64,000 nucleotides of DNA, from assembly GCA_043811375.1 (NCBI GenBank), contig JBDRNJ010000064.1:72749-136748 (forward strand). Reading direction: 5' to 3'. The stretch comes from a bacterium. Lineage in GTDB: Bacteria; Zixibacteria; MSB-5A5; GN15; FEB-12. The position numbers and the translations under genes were made by a program. Within the stretch, counting starts at the first letter, position 1. Each line of letters starts with the position of its first letter. Under the pieces are notes generated by a model that was not told the origin of the DNA, ran no database searches, and saw only the letters and a list, made by a program, of their open reading frames with translations. Shown piece by piece: positions 39,007 to 48,929 of this stretch.

Positions 39007-42000
39007 CTATTTGGTTTGCGCCGGTCTTGGTGCAAACCATTCATAGAGCGCCGGAATCAAAACCAGAGTGAGAAATGTAGATGACAACAGTCCAAACACA
39101 ACTACCACCGCTAACGGTCTTTGAACTTCTGAACCCATACCATGTGAAAGAAGCAAGGGTACCAGTCCGAGAATTGTTGTCAGAGCGGTCATCAACACCG
39201 GCCGTAACCGTAACATGCATGCCTGCACGATCGCATCAACTGTCGACATTCCTTCATCACGTAACAGGTTTACATAGGACACCAGTACCAGACCGTTCTG
39301 CACCGCTATTCCGAAAAGGGCAATGAATCCAACCGAGGCCGGTACGGACAAATATTCTCCTGTAAGATACAGACCAAGTACACCACCTATCAGTGCCAGT
39401 GGTACGTTTATGAATATCAAAGTGGCGCTTCGTACGGTACCGAAGGACATGTACAAAAGAAGAAATATCATAAAAAGGGTTGCTGGAACGATAATGCTCA
39501 ACCTTTTCATGGCTCGTTCCTGGTTTTCGAATTGACCTCCGTACTCCAGATAATAACCTGCGGGCAGTTCGATGTTTTCCCGGACCAATTTTTTAATGTC
39601 ACTAACAACACTACCCATATCGCGACCACGTACATTTCCGGAGATTATCCAGCGTCTTTGATTCTTCTCACGGTTAATCTGAATTGGTCCAATCAGGGTC
39701 TTGACTTTTGCCACCTGAGACATAGGGATAAGAACGCCCTCTGATGTGTGGACAAGCATGTTCCTGATTGATTCCGGATCGTCACGATAGCGCTCATCGT
39801 AGCGAACATGAATCCCAAATCTCCTGGTATTCAAGAATATCTGCGATATGACTTCGCCACCGATGGCAAGTTCAACCACTTCGAGAATATCGGTCACATC
39901 GACTCCATATCGCGAGCAAGCTTCACGATCAGCAATAATCTGTACCTGTGGTTGTCCGAAACTCTGTTCGGTGGAGAGATCAACCAGTCCTTCAACCGGT
40001 TGAATGACCTCTTTGACTTCTTCCGCTTTAGTTCGAAGGGTAGTAAGATCTTCGCCATAAAGCTTTATTGCCAACTGTGTCTTAACGCCGGAGAGAAGTT
40101 CGTCAAACATATTTTGAATCGGCTGAGAAAACACAAGTTGCACACCGGGATAGTCCGACAGTTTTTTGTTCAGAGCCTCAATAAGTTCTTCTTTGGAATT
40201 ATATTCCTGCCATTCCTCCTGAGGTTTTAACATAATTTGAATATGTGAGGAATTCACCGGGTGCGGATGACTACCGGCTTCGGGTCGACCGATCTTGGCC
40301 ACGGTCTGTTCAACCGGGCCAAATCCCATTACGATTCTTTCCAGCTTCATGATGGTTTCGGTGGCTTTAACAAGGGAAATGGAAGGAGCCATCGTGACGT
40401 TAACTTGAATCGCACCTTCTTCCAATGTCGGAATAAACTCAGTACCGAGATGCGGTACCAGGAAAATCGTAAGGACGAAGGCGGTCAGGCTCAGGACAAG
40501 GACAGCTACTTTAAATCGTAGCACCAGTCTCAGAAAAGGCCTGTAGATGTTTTTGAGCCCTCGAATCAGAAAGAACTCTTTTCTTTGCTTTTGTTTCAAA
40601 AACAACGAAGACAGCGCAGGAGAAAAGATCAGGGCTGCTACCAGGGATCCAAGAAGCGCGAATGTTATGGTAAAGGCCATGGGCGAAAACATTTTGCCTT
40701 CGATCCCCTCAAGAGTAAACAGAGGCAGAAAAACAATGATAATAATGGAAACAGAAAAGATAACCGGTCGGGCCACCTCTTTGCAGGCGGCGACAATGAT
40801 CTCACGCTTGTCTCTGTTCTTGTATTTTTCGTCCCCGAGGAGTCGATAGGTATTTTCTACTATCACGACAGAAGCGTCGCCAAGCATTCCGATAGCGATC
40901 GCAATCCCTCCGAGCGACATAAGGTTGGCCGACATATCGGCAATGCTCATGAAAATAGCGGCAATCAGTGCGCAGACTGGAAGAGCCAGCGCAACGATGA
41001 AAGCGCTTCGCAAATTTCCCAGGAACACAGCGAGGATAAATATCACCAGCAGTGCGCCCTGCAATAAAGCATCCCTCATGGTATTGACCGCATTATTTAC
41101 CAGGGCACTCTGGTTGTAGTAAGGCACGAGATGTACGCCTTGCGGCAGTGATTCTTGAACCTCCGGAGTCCGTTGATTCAAGCCCGCTATGACTTCAGAA
41201 GTGTTGGTCCCGAACAGTTTCATGACGATTCCGGCAACTACTTCTTCTTTACCATTGAGGGTTACTACACCACGACGTACTTCTCGACCAAAATCGACCT
41301 CCGCCACATCTCCGAGACGAATAGGCGTGCCGTCTACAACCTTGAGCTGGATGTTTCTAAGATCGTCTCTTCCTTCTATCAGCCCGATGCCTCTGACAAG
41401 GTACTCCTCGGAGCCGAGGACGAGAAATTGTCCTCCGGCATTGCGATTGTTATTTGATATGGCTACGACGATATCCTCCAAACCGAGTTTATACTTGTTC
41501 AGAGCATACGGATTGATCTTAATCTGATACTGAAGAACATGCCCACCCATCGACAGTATCTTGGTCACACCCGGGACAGTCTGCAGCTGATACTTTATGA
41601 TCCAGTCATTAACCTCTCTCAGGTACGTGTCTAAAGGCTTACCCTCGGTATCCACGGTGCTGTCGGCCGTGAGGTAGTACATGAACACTTCGCCAAGCCC
41701 CGTCGAAATGGGACCCAGGCCCGGCTGTTCATGCAATTCCGGTAATTCTCCGGATACGCTGGCTAATCGTTCAGCGACAATCTGCCGGGCGAAATAGATG
41801 TCAACGTCATCCTCGAAATAGACATAGATAACAGCCATACCAAAGGCGGAGGTCGATTTGATCAATCTTACACCGGGCAGACCGTTCATCGCCGATTCGA
41901 TGGGAAACGTTATGAGACGTTCTACTTCTTCCGGTGCCATTCCGTGGGCTTCGGCGAATACCGGTACCATCACTGGAGAAATATCGGGAAAAGCATCTGT

Positions 42001-42102
42001 CGGCAGGTTGCTGTACTTAAACAATCCAAGAGCAATGACACTAATCAGCAGAATTACTACAATGAGACGATTTCTTAGTACTAGTTCAAAATGTCGTTTC
42101 AT
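39007..42102 (-). CDS. czcA: CzcA-family heavy-metal RND permease
   Basis: DAFPDIS, EVERLITFP, GPISTGLGE, RLRPVLMT, GSEVQRPLA; lacks the CusA Met triad. Confidence 0.9.
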   Translation of the reverse strand: MKRHFELVLRNRLIVVILLISVIALGLFKYSNLPTDAFPDISPVMVPVFAEAHGMAPEEVERLITFPIESAMNGLPGVRLIKSTSAFGMAVIYVYFEDDVDIYFARQIVAERLASVSGELPELHEQPGLGPISTGLGEVFMYYLTADSTVDTEGKPLDTYLREVNDWIIKYQLQTVPGVTKILSMGGHVLQYQIKINPYALNKYKLGLEDIVVAISNNNRNAGGQFLVLGSEEYLVRGIGLIEGRDDLRNIQLKVVDGTPIRLGDVAEVDFGREVRRGVVTLNGKEEVVAGIVMKLFGTNTSEVIAGLNQRTPEVQESLPQGVHLVPYYNQSALVNNAVNTMRDALLQGALLVIFILAVFLGNLRSAFIVALALPVCALIAAIFMSIADMSANLMSLGGIAIAIGMLGDASVVIVENTYRLLGDEKYKNRDKREIIVAACKEVARPVIFSVSIIIIVFLPLFTLEGIEGKMFSPMAFTITFALLGSLVAALIFSPALSSLFLKQKQRKEFFLIRGLKNIYRPFLRLVLRFKVAVLVLSLTAFVLTIFLVPHLGTEFIPTLEEGAIQVNVTMAPSISLVKATETIMKLERIVMGFGPVEQTVAKIGRPEAGSHPHPVNSSHIQIMLKPQEEWQEYNSKEELIEALNKKLSDYPGVQLVFSQPIQNMFDELLSGVKTQLAIKLYGEDLTTLRTKAEEVKEVIQPVEGLVDLSTEQSFGQPQVQIIADREACSRYGVDVTDILEVVELAIGGEVISQIFLNTRRFGIHVRYDERYRDDPESIRNMLVHTSEGVLIPMSQVAKVKTLIGPIQINREKNQRRWIISGNVRGRDMGSVVSDIKKLVRENIELPAGYYLEYGGQFENQERAMKRLSIIVPATLFMIFLLLYMSFGTVRSATLIFINVPLALIGGVLGLYLTGEYLSVPASVGFIALFGIAVQNGLVLVSYVNLLRDEGMSTVDAIVQACMLRLRPVLMTALTTILGLVPLLLSHGMGSEVQRPLAVVVVFGLLSSTFLTLVLIPALYEWFAPRPAQTK

Positions 42103-42117
42103 TTATACTGCCTCCCC

Positions 42118-43110
42118 TTAATGACCATGCCCGGCGTGGGCGTCCAGATTGCTCGTTACAATCTTGGCCTTCAGCTCGAAGGCGCCTTTTGGTACGTATT
42201 CGATGCCTTCACTCAGACCACTCACAATCTGGGTATACTTCGCATCGCTATCGCCTGTGACGACCTCGACGGGTCTGAATCTGTTAGGTCCATCTACGAC
42301 AAATACCACGCTTGTATCGCTGAGATACTGAACAGCATCTTTCTCGACCACAAGATTCTCGTCTCGCCCTTCGGTCGTAATTGACGCTTGTACAAAGGTG
42401 CCGGGTCGCCAGGCGTTATCCGGGTTAGGCAGCGTAATCCTGGCGGTTGCGCTTCTTGTCCGGAAATCAATTATTGGAGTAATGTAATCTATGGTCCCTG
42501 TCGTCGAGTTCATCGAACCAACCGCCTTGATCTGTACCATCTGTCCCTTTTTAACTCGATCGAAATCCTTCGGATAGACCGCCAGGTTGACCCAAACCGA
42601 GGACAGGTCGGCAATTACGTAGATACTGTTTTCTTCAGAGACGAACTCGCCCGGAGTAATATGCCGCTCAATCACCCAACCAGAGAAGGGAGCCGTAATT
42701 GTATATGAATTCATACTTTCATTGCTTTCGACAATTGCCATAACTTTGTCGGTTTCAACGTAATCACCGACTCTGTATGTGGCTTGCTGTGCAATACCGG
42801 CGAACCGAGGCGCAATGTGAGCTACTCTGTCATCGTTAAACCCTACTTCTCCCGGTAATTCAATAGTCCGGTCGATGCGTCCTTGCTTTACAATCGATAT
42901 CGTAATGCCGGCAAGTTTCATGGCTTCCGGAGTCAACTCGACTATGAGCTCTTCATTGTGTCCTTCATGATCGTCGTCATCAGCAAGATCATCATGTGCT
43001 TCTCGGGCCTTTTGTTCGTTGACGTGGTCATGGTCATCTTGAGCCGACACATCAGAAACGAACCAGGGCAACAGCAAGGCAAAAAGTAATATCACAAATC
43101 TATCAGACAT
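42118..43110 (-). CDS. czcB: CzcB-like periplasmic adaptor with His/Asp-rich N-terminus
   Basis: DDHDH..HEGH, ADLSSVWV, WRPGTFV, C-terminal HAGHGH. Confidence 0.88.
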   Translation of the reverse strand: MSDRFVILLFALLLPWFVSDVSAQDDHDHVNEQKAREAHDDLADDDDHEGHNEELIVELTPEAMKLAGITISIVKQGRIDRTIELPGEVGFNDDRVAHIAPRFAGIAQQATYRVGDYVETDKVMAIVESNESMNSYTITAPFSGWVIERHITPGEFVSEENSIYVIADLSSVWVNLAVYPKDFDRVKKGQMVQIKAVGSMNSTTGTIDYITPIIDFRTRSATARITLPNPDNAWRPGTFVQASITTEGRDENLVVEKDAVQYLSDTSVVFVVDGPNRFRPVEVVTGDSDAKYTQIVSGLSEGIEYVPKGAFELKAKIVTSNLDAHAGHGH

Positions 43111-43113
43111 CTC

Positions 43114-44427
43114 TTAATTCTCCTTATCTACACGCAATGCAACGCCGGTGAGGTATTCCAGGGCGATAATCTGTTCTTGAATTGCCAGAAACATGTCATT
43201 GTGCTCAAAGCTAAGATCATTAAGAGATCGTTCTGCTTCAAACAGTTGTGTATATGGTACCCGGCCTGCTTCATATGCACTTTGGAGTGTACGATAAGCA
43301 TATTCCGCGGTGGGCAGGAGCAAAGAATCCAAAGTAGCGTGTTTATTTATTAGTTGATTCAAGCGGATAGCTTGAGACTGAATGTTCGCTCTATTTTCGT
43401 TTTTTATCTGTTCGATTTTGTACTCAATAGAACGCAGCCTGGCATCTATGGTTTTTTGTAAACCCTGATTCCGGTTGAATAATGGGATCGGCAATGAAAC
43501 GCCAAAGAGCAATGACTTAGAGTTATTCACTTCAAATCTCTTGAATCCTCCGCTAAAAGTAATGGTTGGCTTAGCTTCTGCCGCCACCAGTCTTTTCTCA
43601 GCTTGAAGAAGTTCCGATTCACTATGCATTTGCACAATGCCACGAGTGGAATCAATTCGACTTGATAACGAAGCTACGTGATCCTGTAATTTGGTGAAGT
43701 CAGGTTTAGAGTTGATTGATATTTTCAAGCCCGAAGGTTTACCATTCCACAGAGAAACCAAAGTAGCTTCGACAGCCAATACATCTTGCTTTGCCTGGTC
43801 CAGTGTAAGCTGTGACCGTTGTTTTTCTAGCTGGGCGAGAATAAGTTCCGACTGCAGAGCAGCTCCCTTATCAAGTCTGTAAGTTATGTCCTCGACGATT
43901 TCTTTAGCCAATACAACTGACGCTTCAGACAGAATTACATTTTGCTGTGCATGGGCAAGAGCATAGAATCGCTGCTTTGTTTCAAGATAGAGATCAAATG
44001 CCGCCAGCTTTATCTGCAGATTGGTTGCATCGATTTCGGCTTTAGCGACATTTCTTCTTGCGCCCCGCTGTTTGAAAAACTCAAATTCCTGAGCGAGTGA
44101 GACAGAAAATTCAGACTCTTTGAAACCGGGAGCATCCCAGCCGATTTCCCCAAATTCAGCATCCAATTCCGGATTCGACCAGAGACCAGCCTGTTTAAGG
44201 TTGCTGTTTGCGGCCTTTAACAGAAAGCTGAATGACCGAAAAGCCGGGTTTTCAACTGCCACCAGTTTGAGGACATCGTCAAATGATAATATCGAATCAA
44301 CAGATACTATTTTTATGTCGGCAGTATCAAATTGGGCTTGCCAGGAGTCCCATCCTCGGGCATTGGGCGATAAAATCAAGATAATCACCAGGATAGAAGC
44401 TACTGGTAAATAAATGTATCCTTTCAT
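43114..44427 (-). CDS. czcC: CzcC/TolC family outer membrane protein
   Basis: NPEL, LPIPLFNRNQG, AYEAG; position in the operon. Confidence 0.85.
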   Translation of the reverse strand: MKGYIYLPVASILVIILILSPNARGWDSWQAQFDTADIKIVSVDSILSFDDVLKLVAVENPAFRSFSFLLKAANSNLKQAGLWSNPELDAEFGEIGWDAPGFKESEFSVSLAQEFEFFKQRGARRNVAKAEIDATNLQIKLAAFDLYLETKQRFYALAHAQQNVILSEASVVLAKEIVEDITYRLDKGAALQSELILAQLEKQRSQLTLDQAKQDVLAVEATLVSLWNGKPSGLKISINSKPDFTKLQDHVASLSSRIDSTRGIVQMHSESELLQAEKRLVAAEAKPTITFSGGFKRFEVNNSKSLLFGVSLPIPLFNRNQGLQKTIDARLRSIEYKIEQIKNENRANIQSQAIRLNQLINKHATLDSLLLPTAEYAYRTLQSAYEAGRVPYTQLFEAERSLNDLSFEHNDMFLAIQEQIIALEYLTGVALRVDKEN

Positions 44428-44522
44428 CTACAATTCTCCGTACAGGTTAATACAATTCTCCAAATAGACCAGTAGACAGGCTGAATCGGAGAGCTATTCA
44501 GTTGTTATTTGAGATGAAAGAA

Positions 44523-44954
44523 TCAACAGCGAAGAATGATGGTTGCCATAGATGCAGATGAGGGGCTCTGGCAAAAAGTCAAAAGAAACTTATCTTCCTG
44601 CGAATTACCGTTACCGGTGGATGAAGCAATTATGTCAGTGTAAAAAGCGGGTGCTGTAAACGGTATGACTGATTGAATAATATTGTTCTTTTGAAGACGT
44701 CTTGACCACAGCGGTCCGTCCAGTGCAAAATCTGAACAATTGTTACAATCACTATGCTCATCGTGTACATCGTCAGATACATCGACATCACAAACTAATT
44801 CGGCATCGCTACAACATGGCAGACAATTAGCCTCAAACTTGATATGTCCGTCATCACCGACACATAACTCCTGACTTGTTCCGCTGAAGACGAGTCCGAC
44901 GAAAAAGATCAAGCACATTTGCCAAATTATTATTTTATGAGTCTGTAATTCCAT
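44523..44954 (-). CDS. Cys/His-rich exported small protein heading the czc-like operon
   Basis: LCVGDDGH, CLPCC, HDEHSDCNNCSD, C-terminal IILRC. Confidence 0.7.
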   Translation of the reverse strand: MELQTHKIIIWQMCLIFFVGLVFSGTSQELCVGDDGHIKFEANCLPCCSDAELVCDVDVSDDVHDEHSDCNNCSDFALDGPLWSRRLQKNNIIQSVIPFTAPAFYTDIIASSTGNGNSQEDKFLLTFCQSPSSASMATIILRC

Positions 44955-45004
44955 AAGTTGTTAAAATAATGCCGATATTTATGATAGTCAATCTAATCAT
45001 TGTA

Positions 45005-45029
45005 TACAGTCATAAGTCTGATTTGTTCC
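45005..45029 (-). promoter_or_regulatory. Putative ECF-sigma promoter variant GGAACA-N14-CTGTA
   Basis: 51 nt upstream of ATG 44954; same geometry as the 22791 and 32042 motifs. Confidence 0.4.
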
Positions 45030-45234
45030 CAAGACGAAGCGGGCTCGTTCGTATCGGAGCATCTCATAGGGTGTCATTAATTTGATGGCAAAACCAATGC
45101 CTACATTCGGTATCTTGGTTATTTTTATTGAAGGTGGTGCAATTTAATGGGTTACGACTGTGTCTTCATGGACCAGGGCGTGGGCTACCAGGTAGTAGCC
45201 GGCTGCGCCCGCTCAGTCTCGATTTGCCGACAAG

Positions 45235-45594
45235 GAGATAGGTACGGTTCAAAAGCAGCTCAGCATTCGAGAGAGGAAACTCGACTAGCTCTATGATGCC
45301 ATTGAGGAGGAACATGTTTCTTCCGCCGATTTGACCCCACGGCTAAGGAAGCTGATGGCCGAGGTTGATCAGCCTCGCCAGCGAGTGCGAGAGCCTGAAT
45401 TCCAAAGAGACAGATGTCATCCTTCGACGACAGTGAGCCCGTTGAGACTGAGATCGTTTATCAATAGAACAGATCCGGATTACCCGCAAGTAACTGTGGA
45501 ATATGCATTTCCGGTAATTCCCGGGAGGGGAGGGGTAGCTGAGGAAGCTCTTGCTAATGACAAATTAGGCGAGTTATACGAGACGAGTTTCTAA
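45235..45594 (+). pseudogene. Decayed C-terminal fragment of a large serine recombinase
   Basis: EIGTVQKQL..RERKLD*LYDAIEE...DLTPRLRKL...LRSFINR...VTVEY.FP resembles the LSR coiled-coil and C-terminus; in-frame TAG at 45286; no catalytic domain; ends in att-like copy B. Confidence 0.65.
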
Positions 45595-45739
45595 TAAGTC
45601 TTTCCTCGACTGAAGTCATTGCGCAGCATATGATTCACTCCAGTCAGCCAGCATCTGTTGTGGGAGTTTGGGTTGCTAAAAACCGGTGTAACGGATTCTG
45701 TCTACTCTAATAGAGAATCAGACTGTCGAACCAATGGCA
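45577..45739 (+). repeat. att-like repeat copy B with about 160-bp extension
   Basis: Core tacgagacgagtttc; 45604..45739 matches 48357..48492 with two mismatches by eye. Confidence 0.9.
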
Positions 45740-46004
45740 TTAGTCAAACTGTGGCTTAGATTTCAATATTACCTGTTCGGATTGTTTGACGACGTACATT
45801 TTTCTTTAAATCGACAAACTGTCTCAGATTAGTAGATCATAAAGGAATCACCCATTCGCGGCAGTGAAGAGTCTGCGTGAGTTTTGGTTGCAGCGAGCTC
45901 CTATCGTCGTAATGAGTTCATCAGAAAAATACCGCCGGTAGGAAAGATTTCGATGAACAAAATCAGAATCTGCGGATTGTCTGGTTAAACAAGGAGAACT
46001 ACCG

Positions 46005-47303
46005 ATGAGCCAAATGAGAATCTTTATCCCGATCACTGCCTTGCTTATGATCAGTTTCGGCTATTCGATGAATCTGTCGGCCGACGAGGTCGTCCGACCC
46101 ACAGAAATCAAGAGCAAGCGGCAGGTCATCTATGACCAGCCAACTTACGCGAAAATGGCCCGGTTGTGGAAAGACTATTATGATGAGTATCCATCCGAAA
46201 ATGCTTACGCCAACTGGATGTATGCCACCCGGTACGCCGAGCAGGAAGATTATGCCCGGTTACTGGATGTGGGCATGGAGAAGTATCCTGCCAACCCCAT
46301 GTTGCTGTACCTGAAATCCATGCTTCGTCACGGGGGCCAGGACGACGCGCAGGAGCGGAAGTATCTTGAAGAAGCAGTACGTCTCGATCCGGACTACGCT
46401 GACCCGTGGTTCTCCCTTGTGATTGTCTACATGAATGCGCGCGACGAGGAGCGGCTGAACCTTGCTCTGCGCCATCTGCTCGAGAGCGGGTCCATCACCG
46501 ATGAGGTGATGGATTACAATTACAATACACTGATCGGTCTTGAAGAGAACGCCATTCTCATAACCAACGGTGACAATGATACCTACCCGGCGTGGATTCT
46601 GACACGAATACTCCGGATCCGTCCCGATGTAGATATCGTTAACCGCAGCCTGTTGAATTCGGAATGGTACCCGCTGTATGTCATTGAGCAGGGGCTGCCC
46701 CGGTTCATCAGTAGGAGCCAACTGGAGAAGCTGCGCGACTCTGCGGCGAAAAGGCTGAAAAAGGGAGATACGGGTGTGCCTCCGGGAGGGTTGGTTGGCG
46801 ATACGCTCATTAAGTTGCTTGTGAATTCGGCTGAGCGGGCTCGGCTGCCGGTTTATTTTGCAACTACACTTTATGTCACCGAAGATCTGAAAGAGCTGGC
46901 CGAGAACGGCAGGCAACTCGGCCTGGCGACACTCGTCACACCATCCGATATGCCATACTACGACCAACTGCGGAACGTTTTCGCTACGTGGACGACCAAA
47001 TTTCGGACCGGCGGATTGGATAGCTGGAGCCTGCATCATGCACCCAAAGCTGATGCAGGCCGATCATTGGTGCGTAATTATGTTTCGGGTATCGCGGTTA
47101 ACCTGCCGGTGCTGAAGAAAAACGCACCGGAACTTCGCCTTTCGCTGTTTAACTGGTATATTGCACATATCGAGAAACACCTCAGTGAGGAAATGAGACA
47201 CAAGGTCGCTCAGACATGGGCATGTTACGGATCGGACCTAATGCACGTTGATGAATGGTGCAAGAAACAGGGATTGAAGTGCCCGGAGCCACAGGAACAG
47301 TGA
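46005..47303 (+). CDS. Secreted TPR-like protein with a DUF2723/TMEM260-like C-terminal segment
   Basis: Signal peptide; helical repeats; NAILITNGDNDTYPAW...RPDVDIVNRSLLN..WY. Confidence 0.7.
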   Translation: MSQMRIFIPITALLMISFGYSMNLSADEVVRPTEIKSKRQVIYDQPTYAKMARLWKDYYDEYPSENAYANWMYATRYAEQEDYARLLDVGMEKYPANPMLLYLKSMLRHGGQDDAQERKYLEEAVRLDPDYADPWFSLVIVYMNARDEERLNLALRHLLESGSITDEVMDYNYNTLIGLEENAILITNGDNDTYPAWILTRILRIRPDVDIVNRSLLNSEWYPLYVIEQGLPRFISRSQLEKLRDSAAKRLKKGDTGVPPGGLVGDTLIKLLVNSAERARLPVYFATTLYVTEDLKELAENGRQLGLATLVTPSDMPYYDQLRNVFATWTTKFRTGGLDSWSLHHAPKADAGRSLVRNYVSGIAVNLPVLKKNAPELRLSLFNWYIAHIEKHLSEEMRHKVAQTWACYGSDLMHVDEWCKKQGLKCPEPQEQ

Positions 47304-47836
47304 ATCCGGAGTGGGACTGTTTTTTTCGCTGCCGACAGGGAGACGAAGAAGCGTGGCGCGTGTTGACGGAAAAATATCGGTCACGCCTTTTGACACTGGC
47401 GCTGCTTATTACCGGATCAGGCGCTGCGGCGGAAGACGTCGTTCAAGAGACATTCGTCCGGGCGCTAGGCGGCGCCATTAAGAATACCTCAGGCACGGTA
47501 CACGGTTTCCTGGGAACTATTGCCTTTCGCCTGGCCGTGAAAGAAACGCAGCGTATGCGGCGATATGTTCGCCTGGATGCGCTTGAACGATTCGATCACG
47601 GTGAGAATCCAATGGAACAACTCTTGAAGGATGAGCGTCAGCGTTTCATCGCGGGGGCAATTGGCAGCCTTAATGTAGAGCACCGCGACGTTCTCCTGTT
47701 GCGTTGCTATGGTGGGCACAGTTATGAGGAGATCGCCAAACTGTTGAAAGTTCCGATAGGAACAGTTAAGTCACGGATTTTCTATGCCGTCAAGTCCTGT
47801 CGCGACATATTACGGCGGAAGGGAATGTTAGAGTAA
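47300..47836 (+). CDS. ECF RNA polymerase sigma factor
   Basis: AEDVVQETF, SYEEIA, PIGTVKSR; GTG start overlaps the upstream stop. Confidence 0.92.
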   Translation: MNPEWDCFFRCRQGDEEAWRVLTEKYRSRLLTLALLITGSGAAAEDVVQETFVRALGGAIKNTSGTVHGFLGTIAFRLAVKETQRMRRYVRLDALERFDHGENPMEQLLKDERQRFIAGAIGSLNVEHRDVLLLRCYGGHSYEEIAKLLKVPIGTVKSRIFYAVKSCRDILRRKGMLE

Positions 47837-48258
47837 TGCACATCAGTGAAGATAAACTTATCGAGTACGCACTCGAAATCGTCGATGTTGATAACGAACG
47901 TGCAGAGATCGAAGAGCACCTTGAGACCTGTCAATTGTGTCGCTCAAGATTGAGAGAGGTGCGGAGCGATATTGATACCATCAGCAGCATTCGGCTAGAC
48001 CGACCGGTTGCAGCGACACCGTCGAGCACTACGTGGCACGACGCAGTTTACCCATTACTTCGGGTGGCTGCTCTCATCGTAATCGGTCTGGTGGCGGGAT
48101 TCGGTACATCACTATGGTTTGAGGATAAGCCGGCACGCGTGGTTTCGCAATATGTGACGCTGTCATCACCGGCAGACTCCGTTAGCCGGTATGCTGCATC
48201 AGATGCAACTGATATATCATCGGACTATTACAGGCATATGTTACAGGATATTAAGTAA
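47836..48258 (+). CDS. Zinc-binding (zf-HC2/ZAS) anti-sigma factor with TM
   Basis: HLETCQLC (HxxxCxxC) followed by a TM segment. Confidence 0.85.
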   Translation: MHISEDKLIEYALEIVDVDNERAEIEEHLETCQLCRSRLREVRSDIDTISSIRLDRPVAATPSSTTWHDAVYPLLRVAALIVIGLVAGFGTSLWFEDKPARVVSQYVTLSSPADSVSRYAASDATDISSDYYRHMLQDIK

Positions 48259-48329
48259 ATCCTTCCATATCAACTGTATGTCGTCAAACAAAGTGAACAT
48301 GACGGTGTTGCAAGTTATTATGCGGACCA

Positions 48330-48492
48330 TACAAGACGAGTTTCTATAAGGACTCGCCTCGACTGAAGTCATTGCGCAGCATATGATTCACTCCAGTCAG
48401 CCAGTATCTGTTGTGGGAGTTTGGGCTGCTAAAAACCGGTGTAACGGATTCTGTCTACTCTAATAGAGAATCAGACTGTCGAACCAATGGCA
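48330..48492 (+). repeat. att-like repeat copy C (direct repeat of copy B)
   Basis: tacaagacgagtttc...ccaatggca. Confidence 0.9.
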
Positions 48493-48510
48493 GCTGACAG
48501 AAAGGTGACT

Positions 48511-48618
48511 TTATTTATTCTTCTTTTCTTTTTTCGATTGTCGTTTTTCCTTTGGACTGCGCTGGGCCTTTTTCTGTTGTTCCCTTTTGCCCTTATCTTT
48601 CTTTCCTTTATCACCCAT
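48511..48618 (-). CDS. 35-aa Lys-rich small protein
   Basis: MGDKGKKDKGKREQQKKAQRSPKEKRQSKKEKKNK with a GGAG RBS. Confidence 0.6.
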   Translation of the reverse strand: MGDKGKKDKGKREQQKKAQRSPKEKRQSKKEKKNK

Positions 48619-48784
48619 ATTTGTTTCTCCGTGTTTGAAATTGACTTGAGCCGGCCATGGTGGGTTTCTTTTTGTTCTTATATTATGCCAAAGCCGTACT
48701 CCAATAACAATATATACAGGTGGTGTTTGCGAATGGCAACAAAAAAAACTGGCCATCCCCTGGGTCGAAAATCGATGCGGGCCT

Positions 48785-48923
48785 TACGAGACGAGTTTCT
48801 AAAAAGCATTACCTCGATTGAAGTCATTGTGCGGCAGACGATATACTCCAGTCAGCCGGCATCTGTTGTGGGAGTTGGGGTTGCTTAAAATCGGTGTGGC
48901 GGATTCTGTCAACTCTAATAGAG
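48785..48923 (+). repeat. att-like repeat copy D (diverged copy of B/C)
   Basis: tacgagacgagtttct...ctccagtcagcc.gcatctgttgtgggagtt...cggattctgtc.actctaatagag. Confidence 0.85.
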
Positions 48924-48929
48924 CATGGA

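Noticed and set aside
48487..48888. 133-aa plus-strand hydrophobic ORF
   Set aside because: Antisense shadow of the Lys-rich microgene running into repeat D.
45577..48923. Repeats as a CRISPR array or integron attC sites
   Set aside because: Repeats are too long with kb-scale, gene-containing spacing; no cas or intI; no attC-type RYYYAAC/GTTRRRY palindrome recognised.
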